Part shown: piece by piece, positions 25,035-31,546 of the stretch
How the letters are laid out: each line of letters starts with the position of its first letter
Numbering within the stretch: the stretch's first letter is position 1
Source of the DNA: Acutalibacteraceae bacterium
GTDB lineage: Bacteria; Bacillota; Clostridia; Oscillospirales; Acutalibacteraceae
Direction: 5' to 3'
NCBI GenBank assembly: GCA_045593325.1
Contig: JAZNWL010000067.1
Span: forward strand, 1,149 to 65,148
Length of the DNA stretch: 64,000 bases
The notes under the pieces: model-generated
What the model was told of the DNA's origin: nothing
Database searches by the model: none
What the model saw: only the letters and a program-made list of their open reading frames with translations
Translations under genes and position numbers: made by a program

Positions 25035-27377
25035 CTATTCAATCACAATATTTTCTTCCTGTTGCCCTTTTAAGGAAAGGGCTTTGGTTTGCAGTTCCAC
25101 CAATTTATAATAAATCCCTTGATTGTTTATCAATTCCCGGTGGGTGCCGTATTCGGCAACCTTGCCTTCCTCCAGCACCAACAGTTTGTGTGCCCCCCGC
25201 AAGGTGGAAAGGCGGTGGGCAATGGAAATGGTGGTACGCCCTTGCACCAATTTATCCAAAGCATTTTGAATGTTCCGTTCGGTGGCGGTATCCACCGAAG
25301 CGGTGGCTTCGTCTAAAATCAAAATGGGACTGTTTGCCAGAATGGCACGGGCAACCGAAAGCCGTTGCCGCTCCCCACCCGAAAGCTGCCGCCCCGAAGA
25401 ACCGATTACCGTTTCGTAACCGTCGGGCATTTGGCAAATAAAATCGTGTGCCCCTGCGTGAATGGCGGCTTTGATGATATCCTCACGGGTAGCATTGGGG
25501 CAGGCATAGGCAATGTTTTCTGCCACCGTGCCCATAAACACGTAACTGTCTTGAGAAACGGTGGAAACACATTGATGTAAGGTTTCCATGGAAAGGTCTT
25601 TTAGGGGAATCCCGTCAATGGTAATTTCCCCGCTGTCCACGTCATACAGCCGAGAAATTAAACTCACAAGGGTGGATTTCCCTACCCCCGATTTTCCTAC
25701 AATGCCCAGCATTTCTCCTGCGGGAATATCCACCGAAATGTTGTGCAAAACAGGTTTCCCCGCTTGGTAGGAAAAGGTAACGTTATTTATGGAAACATCC
25801 CCCCGAATGGTATCCAAGGAAACGGGATTTTTCTTTTCTTCCACTTGGGGTTTGGTATCCATAATTTCAAAAATTCTGCCTGCGGCATTCATGGAAGAGG
25901 TTCCCCAACGAAACAGGTCGGTCATAGAACCCAGCAGTTGGGAAAGCATTCCCACGTAGCTTAAAAACACCGCCAACATCCCGTAGGACATCCCCGTGTG
26001 CCCGCCTTTGATAATCAAATAGGCACCCAAGCCCCATACCCCCAAATTCAGCAGGTTGCCACCCACCGCAGAAAGGGCAAAATAACGGTTTTCATAAGCC
26101 ACCACCGAAACCTCGGTTTCCTGCATCCGATTGTTTTCTTTTTCAAATTCAAAAACGGCAGCTTGCTCCTGCCCAAAGGCTTTGATCACCCGACTGCCCG
26201 TGAGGGTATCGTTCAGCACCCCGCTCATATTGCGGTTTGCTCGGTGCCGTTTGCCGTGCAAATGCCATAACATGGGTTGCAGCTTGGTGGAAATGAAGGT
26301 AAGCACCGGCACCACCGCCACCGCCAACACCGCCAACTGCCAGTTTAAGGAGAACATCATAACCACCAATGCAGTGGCGTGAATGGTGTTGCCGAATACG
26401 TAGGGAAGGCCGTCAATAAAAAATCCCGTAACCTCTCCCGCATCCCCCAACACACGGGTCATCAGTCCTCCTGTTTTGCGGTCGGTAAAAAAGGAAAGAG
26501 AAAGCCGCCGCAAGGCGGAAAACACATCCTCTTTGATTCTTCGTACCACACGGGGCACAATTTTCCCCACCAAGGCAAACTGAAATATGCTGATAATCCA
26601 GGTGACAATGCGAACCGCCAAAAAGGAGCCCATTACCAATAACAAAAGGGTAAGAAAATCCCCTCCCGCCAAGGACCAAACCCCCGTAAAGGTGGATTTT
26701 TTCCCCAACACGTCATCAAAATACACCGCCCCTGAAAGATAAGGCATAATCACGCTAAAAACCGCACTGAACAGAATCAAAAGGGAAACCCCCGCCATTT
26801 TCCATTTGTGGGGTTTAAAATAGGAAAGGGTTCGCACAAATAAACTCCGATGGTCGGTGCATTTGGGGCAAATTTTCCGTTCTTTATCCAAGTAAGGTGC
26901 ACCGCATATTTCGCAAAAATCACTGTGTTCTTTGTCTTTGGTGTCCTCTTCTTTCAGTTCTTCCCCTTTTTTCACCTTGTCCGCAAGGGATGCCATTCGA
27001 TTAGCATCGGTGTTCAGCCCACTTGTAAAGCAAAATAAAGGTTGTTCCCCCGCCGCGGTTTTGATGCAAAGCATCCCTCCGCCAAGGAAAGACTGTATCC
27101 AAATTTTTTCAATATCCTGCAAAGCAAATTCGGTAACCGAAGAAACCGTTCCATCCTCTTGAATGGGCTTGTTTTTCCCAATATACCCTCCGTACACTTT
27201 TGCGGGAATACGGGTTTGCCCCTGTGCCAAAACCAGCTTCTCTTTGGTGAGCAACAAATAAAAGTCGGCAAATTCCCCATTGGAATTCAAATCCCCCTTG
27301 CAGGCATACAAAACGTCTTCATCGGGAAAGGATTTCTTTTTCAATTTTTCATAGTCCTTAGAACCGAAAAAACCCAT
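25035..27377 (-). CDS. ABC exporter half-transporter (TMD-NBD) with an N-terminal cytoplasmic domain and a zinc ribbon
   Basis: Walker A GKSGVGKST, LSGGERQRLSVARA, ILILDEATASVD. N-terminal extension of about 190 aa with CEICGAPYLDKERKICPKC. Start set to the ATG at 27377 (MGFFGSK), 8 nt after AAAGGAG. Confidence 0.88.
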   Translation of the reverse strand: MGFFGSKDYEKLKKKSFPDEDVLYACKGDLNSNGEFADFYLLLTKEKLVLAQGQTRIPAKVYGGYIGKNKPIQEDGTVSSVTEFALQDIEKIWIQSFLGGGMLCIKTAAGEQPLFCFTSGLNTDANRMASLADKVKKGEELKEEDTKDKEHSDFCEICGAPYLDKERKICPKCTDHRSLFVRTLSYFKPHKWKMAGVSLLILFSAVFSVIMPYLSGAVYFDDVLGKKSTFTGVWSLAGGDFLTLLLLVMGSFLAVRIVTWIISIFQFALVGKIVPRVVRRIKEDVFSALRRLSLSFFTDRKTGGLMTRVLGDAGEVTGFFIDGLPYVFGNTIHATALVVMMFSLNWQLAVLAVAVVPVLTFISTKLQPMLWHLHGKRHRANRNMSGVLNDTLTGSRVIKAFGQEQAAVFEFEKENNRMQETEVSVVAYENRYFALSAVGGNLLNLGVWGLGAYLIIKGGHTGMSYGMLAVFLSYVGMLSQLLGSMTDLFRWGTSSMNAAGRIFEIMDTKPQVEEKKNPVSLDTIRGDVSINNVTFSYQAGKPVLHNISVDIPAGEMLGIVGKSGVGKSTLVSLISRLYDVDSGEITIDGIPLKDLSMETLHQCVSTVSQDSYVFMGTVAENIAYACPNATREDIIKAAIHAGAHDFICQMPDGYETVIGSSGRQLSGGERQRLSVARAILANSPILILDEATASVDTATERNIQNALDKLVQGRTTISIAHRLSTLRGAHKLLVLEEGKVAEYGTHRELINNQGIYYKLVELQTKALSLKGQQEENIVIE

Positions 27378-27413
27378 ATTTGTCACTCCTTTTTATAAAT
27401 CTTATTTTTCTTC

Positions 27414-27442
27414 GTTATAACATACCGAAAAAATGTTGTCAA
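27414..27442 (-). promoter_or_regulatory. Promoter of the ABC/DUF1854 operon
   Basis: On the minus strand: TTGACA (27437-27442), a 17-nt spacer, then TATAAC (27414-27419), 37 nt upstream of the ATG. Confidence 0.55.
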
Positions 27443-27452
27443 CCTAAAATCC

Positions 27453-27488
27453 TTGTCTGATATAAAAAAATTATTATCTAAAATTCAA
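27453..27488 (-). promoter_or_regulatory. Candidate LytTR-type operator, copy 1 (two half-sites 21 nt apart)
   Basis: The minus strand reads TTGAATTTTAGATAA-N15-AGACAA and ends 10 nt upstream of the -35. The 15-mer is identical to 29257-29271. Confidence 0.5.
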
Positions 27489-27598
27489 CTGCATTTCCAA
27501 AATAAAAAACAAATATTTACTGTAATCGTTTCTTTCCAACGCGGCAAAAACGGTGGTGTTTTGTATTGATAAAAGGCTTTTTCGGCTATTCTGCTGAT

Positions 27599-28198
27599 TT
27601 ATTCAAAATTGATAGGCATTTTTACAAGGGTATGGCTACAATGGGAGCATTCATCTTGCTGAATATTATTATAAGAACCGCACACGGCACATTGAACTCG
27701 AAAGTCCGATGAAGCGGGTAACACAATGGTGTGTGCCGTACCTGAAAGGTGAAACACCTTGTCCCCTATCCGATACTTTTCAATATTAGGCGACAATTTT
27801 TCTTGTTTACTATACACTTCTGCCCGCTCGTAATATACTTGGCGGGAAATACGTTTTCCATTGATAAGCCGTATATCCAAAATAATGGTGTTCCTTCGAG
27901 GCTGTGTCCAAGGTCTTTTAAATCTCCAATCCATATCCACGCCTGTTTTGATGGTAATATCGGTCACTTCACCCAAGAAACTATTGTCGGTTATTTGGGG
28001 AAACACCTTTGCAAAAACAACCCCCAATAAAAACAAAAGAAGAGCAGCAATAGATGTTTTTTCGGCGGGGGTGTTCAATTCCAAAGAACAGTAAATCCCG
28101 GTGGATACCCCTACAACCAACGCCAACAGAAGCATTCGTTTAATTCTTTGTTTCACCGAAATGTTTCTTAAATCAGACGGCAACAGTTTCTTGTTCAT
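27599..28198 (-). CDS. Two-TM membrane protein with a cytoplasmic beta-rich domain and a C-terminal zinc ribbon
   Basis: Start set to the ATG at 28198 (MNKKLLPSD) behind GAGGTGG. Two hydrophobic helices near the N-terminus. C-terminal CAVCGSYNNIQQDECSHC. No family recognised. Confidence 0.65.
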   Translation of the reverse strand: MNKKLLPSDLRNISVKQRIKRMLLLALVVGVSTGIYCSLELNTPAEKTSIAALLLFLLGVVFAKVFPQITDNSFLGEVTDITIKTGVDMDWRFKRPWTQPRRNTIILDIRLINGKRISRQVYYERAEVYSKQEKLSPNIEKYRIGDKVFHLSGTAHTIVLPASSDFRVQCAVCGSYNNIQQDECSHCSHTLVKMPINFE

Positions 28199-28261
28199 AA
28201 TCTTCCACCTCTTTTTCAATTATCATCCAATTCCCATGCAATTGTCAAGAATTGAGGCCAA

Positions 28262-28290
28262 AAACGGGCAGTTGTGATAACCGCCCGTTT
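28262..28290 (-). terminator. Terminator after 28328..29101
   Basis: Stem aaacgggc / gcccgttt. On the minus strand it reads gcccgtttttgg. Confidence 0.5.
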
Positions 28291-28327
28291 CCCTTCTGCT
28301 TGTGATTTAAAAAAACTTGCCTATTGG

Positions 28328-29101
28328 TTACTCAGGGAAAATCTTATCTAACGGCCATTCCACAACCCGTTTCCCTACTGCCGATTGCAATGCCCACAAA
28401 GCATCCACCGCATTGATTTCTCCATCAGCATTTACATCATCCTTACGATTGATGGAGCCTTCTTCTTTCCCAACGGCAGCTCTTAAAATATGCAGTGCCG
28501 ATACAGCGGTGTATTTGTAAATGTAACTTGTGCCGGTATAAATTTCGGTTACATCATTGCCAAGGTCGGTAGCGGTAACGTCGGTTGGGGTCTCAACATC
28601 CGGCACAGGGATTTCATCTTCAAACCACAGAATAAAAGCAACCCGTTCCTGTTCTGCGAGGCGAAGAATTTCGGCTTTGGTGGTTCTAAAGGTTACCGAA
28701 ACACCTACAATTACCATATCTTCGGTTTTTTCCAAATCAACCGCTTCAAAAAACTCCTTGTAGAAAGTTTCTTCTGCTTCTTTTTGGAATTGTTTTTCTA
28801 GCGCAATCAATTGGTTTACTTGTTCGGTATATTTAGGGCTGCCGGTTAAAGCCAACCGATAATTCTCTTCCCCCATAACAGCAATTGCTTTTGCTTCATA
28901 GTCTTCCTGAGAAAGTTGAGGAAGGTCTCCGATTGCGTACACTGCAATTTCGGCGGTATCGGTATCGTTCATAGTTTCCAAATGCGTCCTAAAATCTTCG
29001 CCTAATTTATCGGTATGTTCTTCTGCAAAAACAACGCCGAAACTCATAGAAATTGCCAATACCAAGCCTAACAATAGCATTTGTTTGAAAATCTTCTTCA
29101 T
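28328..29101 (-). CDS. Secreted protein with a degenerate (half) dockerin at the C-terminus
   Basis: Start at the ATG at 29101 (MKKIFKQMLLLGLVLAISMSFGVVFAEE). The C-terminus reads TAVSALHILRAAVGKEE...DDVNADGEINAVDALWALQSAVGK. The second repeat is canonical. The first keeps the helix but lacks the Ca loop. Confidence 0.75.
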   Translation of the reverse strand: MKKIFKQMLLLGLVLAISMSFGVVFAEEHTDKLGEDFRTHLETMNDTDTAEIAVYAIGDLPQLSQEDYEAKAIAVMGEENYRLALTGSPKYTEQVNQLIALEKQFQKEAEETFYKEFFEAVDLEKTEDMVIVGVSVTFRTTKAEILRLAEQERVAFILWFEDEIPVPDVETPTDVTATDLGNDVTEIYTGTSYIYKYTAVSALHILRAAVGKEEGSINRKDDVNADGEINAVDALWALQSAVGKRVVEWPLDKIFPE

Positions 29102-29197
29102 AAATATCACGCTCCTTAAATCAATTGAAAAGGTTCATTTTCTACTACTTAAACACAAAAGGAGGGAAAAATACTCACGATAATTAGAATTTTTTTC

Positions 29198-29206
29198 ATT
29201 ATATCA
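29198..29206 (-). promoter_or_regulatory. Extended -10 (TGaTATAAT) in front of 28328..29101, with no recognisable -35
   Basis: The minus strand reads TGATATAAT at 29206-29198, about 97 nt upstream of the ATG. It lies 32 nt downstream of the proximal operator half-site. Confidence 0.45.
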
Positions 29207-29235
29207 TAAAAAACCGTGAAATCATTCGCCATTAT

Positions 29236-29271
29236 TTATCTCTGATGAAATTTTATTTATCTAAAATTCAA
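29236..29271 (-). promoter_or_regulatory. Candidate LytTR-type operator, copy 2
   Basis: The minus strand reads TTGAATTTTAGATAA-N15-AGATAA, that is AGATAAATAA twice with a 21-nt period. It lies about 200 nt from the divergent LytTR regulator gene. Confidence 0.5.
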
Positions 29272-29407
29272 TGATACTTCTAAAAATACTCCACATCGGA
29301 ATTCTCCTCCTTGCAGTTTAGATGATGCCCACTTTCATTTAATATGCAAATTTGTGTGCTGTCAATAGATATTGCCTATTCGTTGCCTCAAACGTCCTAT
29401 TCGATAT

Positions 29408-29436
29408 TTGACAATAAATTTTTAACCTTGTATACT
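29408..29436 (+). promoter_or_regulatory. Promoter of the LytTR two-component operon
   Basis: TTGACA (29408-29413), a 17-nt spacer, then TATACT (29431-29436), 32 nt upstream of the TTG start. Confidence 0.55.
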
Positions 29437-29468
29437 TTATATAATGAAACCAACAAGGAGGATTTGCT

Positions 29469-30179
29469 TTGAACATTGCCATTTGCGACGATAACATAAC
29501 CCACCGAGATGCGGTGATTAACAACATACAACAAAACAACCCAACCGATGCGACCCTAACCATTTCCCAATTTGAAAATGCAGAAGCTCTTTTGCAAGCA
29601 TATAGGAAAGGGAACCGATATGATTTGATTTTTTTGGATGTGGAAATGGGTAAGGTGAACGGCATTGATGCTGCTATGGAAATTCGCAAATGCCAACCCA
29701 ATGTATTGCTTGTTTTTATTTCGAGCCACCCTCAATATGCCATTCCCGCTTACGATTGCCAGCCCTTATATTTCATTACCAAACCCATTAACTCCGCTCG
29801 ATTTTCTCATATTTTTGCCAAGGTGATGGAACGGTATAAACAATTGCACCAATATTACGTCATTCAAAACAAAGGGCAAATCATTAAACTGTTAATTGAA
29901 GAGATTACCTATGTGGAAGTGTTCCGAAAACACGTTATTTTTCACACTGCCAAGGAAACCTATGAAACCACCGGTACCACCTTGCAAAAAACCGTGGAGT
30001 CTCTTTTACCTTATGGGTTTTGTCAAGTGCATCAAAGTATACTGGTAAATATGGAACACATCAAAGCCATTGAACAATATGATATTATTTTAGACGACGA
30101 TACCACCGTACCCATCAGTGTGCGAAAAAAATCCCAAGTATTAAAAACCTTTGCAGAATATATTGAAAGGACGATGTAA
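29469..30179 (+). CDS. LytTR-family response regulator (REC plus LytTR DNA-binding domain)
   Basis: TTG start 6 nt after AGGAGGA. The receiver domain reads MNIAICDD...DLIFLDVEM. The C-terminal LytTR-like segment includes KLLIEEITYVEV, HTAKETYE and FCQVHQSILVNMEHI. Confidence 0.88.
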   Translation: MNIAICDDNITHRDAVINNIQQNNPTDATLTISQFENAEALLQAYRKGNRYDLIFLDVEMGKVNGIDAAMEIRKCQPNVLLVFISSHPQYAIPAYDCQPLYFITKPINSARFSHIFAKVMERYKQLHQYYVIQNKGQIIKLLIEEITYVEVFRKHVIFHTAKETYETTGTTLQKTVESLLPYGFCQVHQSILVNMEHIKAIEQYDIILDDDTTVPISVRKKSQVLKTFAEYIERTM

Positions 30180-30181
30180 TC

Positions 30182-31462
30182 ATGAGTGATTTGTTATACA
30201 ACGCAATCAATGGCGGATTGGAAGTTGTTTTAATTTGTTTGTTTTTTCAAACCTTTGTTCACCCCATCGCGTGGCAAGGCAGAAAATGGACTTTGGGATG
30301 TATTGGTTGTTTATTTGTTGGTCTTCTTGCCATTCCCAAGCCTACCCCTGTAAACTTTGTGCTTATACTCCTTTTAATATTTTTTATTTCCATGCTATAC
30401 AAAATGAAATGGTATCAACATATTTTCTTTAGCGTGATTATTGTTACCCTGTATTCCTTGGCAGAGGTAATTGTAGTTGTTATTAGCAGCATGATATTAA
30501 ACGTGGAACTGGTTCTTCTTAAAACCGGCAACTATTTATTATTTGGTATGTTGGCGTCCAAATTAATTATTTTAATCATGATTCTTATTTTAAAATTCGG
30601 ACGTCATAAATTACCCTTAAAACATTTGGGGAGTGTTTGGGGATATGTGATTTTTGTTTTAATTACTTCCATTGTTTCCATTTTTCTTGTGCTTGACTAT
30701 ATGCACCTAATTCTTGGTAACACCACAAAACAGTTTGTAACCCTTTTGGCGGTTTCCTTGATTATTGTAATGAACATTATGTTGTTTTATATCATTGATA
30801 AAATCAACGAACACTTTGAAACCAAACACAATTTGGACACCGCCAAAGAATTGATAGAAAGCCAAAAAGCAACCTACAAAACCTTATATGAAAATCAACA
30901 GGAAATCCGAAAAGTTCGTCATGATTTAAAAAATTCCATGGTGGGAATTTTATACGAATTGGAAAACAAAAAAACAGATGATGCCATAAGTCGGATGAAA
31001 GGAATTCTTGAATTATTCGAAGAACAACGCTTCTCCTTTTCAGGGAACAACATTATTGATACGTTGATGAATTTCAAGAAAAAAGAAGCAGCTAACTACA
31101 ACATTCAATGGGAAGAATCCATTCATTTATCGGAATCATTGAACATTGACCCCATAGATTTTTCGGTTTTATTGGGCAATGCTTTAGACAATGCCATAGA
31201 AGCCACTGCAAAGCAAACCACGCACCCAAAAACCATTTTTGTATCCATGGCTTATAAGCAAGAGAATTTGTTAATGGTCATAAAAAATCCGGTGGACGCC
31301 CTCATTGACACAACCAATTTACAATCCACCAAACAAAATAAAACCCATCACGGTTTTGGCATATTGCAAATGAAACAGTTAGCCCAAAAGTATAACGGCG
31401 AAGTGTTTTTGGAATGCACTAACGAACAGTTTAAAACCTCTATTCTTATTGGGAAAATTTAA
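30182..31462 (+). CDS. AgrC/ComD-like (HPK10-type) membrane sensor histidine kinase
   Basis: 6-7 N-terminal TM segments, H-box VRHDLKNSM, N-box LLGNALDNAIEAT and G-box HGFGILQMKQLAQKYNGE. The start lies 2 nt after the RR stop. Confidence 0.88.
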   Translation: MSDLLYNAINGGLEVVLICLFFQTFVHPIAWQGRKWTLGCIGCLFVGLLAIPKPTPVNFVLILLLIFFISMLYKMKWYQHIFFSVIIVTLYSLAEVIVVVISSMILNVELVLLKTGNYLLFGMLASKLIILIMILILKFGRHKLPLKHLGSVWGYVIFVLITSIVSIFLVLDYMHLILGNTTKQFVTLLAVSLIIVMNIMLFYIIDKINEHFETKHNLDTAKELIESQKATYKTLYENQQEIRKVRHDLKNSMVGILYELENKKTDDAISRMKGILELFEEQRFSFSGNNIIDTLMNFKKKEAANYNIQWEESIHLSESLNIDPIDFSVLLGNALDNAIEATAKQTTHPKTIFVSMAYKQENLLMVIKNPVDALIDTTNLQSTKQNKTHHGFGILQMKQLAQKYNGEVFLECTNEQFKTSILIGKI

Positions 31463-31487
31463 AGACGAATTTCCAATAAAACACCAC

Positions 31488-31516
31488 TTGCACACCCTTT
31501 GTCCTTTTCATACAAT
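31488..31516 (+). promoter_or_regulatory. Promoter of the MecA-like gene
   Basis: TTGCAC (31488-31493), a 17-nt spacer, then TACAAT (31511-31516). This places the TSS downstream of the ORF-track start at 31499. Confidence 0.45.
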
Positions 31517-31546
31517 GATAGTACACAGAAAGGACGGGGATGCCCT

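Noticed and set aside
24453-27386. ORF-track starts 27386 (GTG), 6232, 7779, 11553, 37355 and 39043 as true starts
   Set aside because: In each case an internal ATG or GTG has a properly spaced SD and yields a canonical N-terminus or signal peptide. The upstream extension lacks an SD or overlaps the preceding gene.
28219-28249. TTGACA at 28244-28249 (minus strand) as the -35 of a promoter for 27599..28198
   Set aside because: The best -10 candidates (GATAAT or TGATAA) need 18-19 nt spacers. They would also place the TSS inside or beside the SD, so they are not convincing. The gene may rely on read-through or another promoter.
29339-29701. 120-aa minus-strand ORF spanning the TCS promoter and the 5' end of the RR gene
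   Set aside because: It overlaps the well-supported RR gene and its promoter on the opposite strand and has no SD. Its composition is typical of an AT-rich random ORF.
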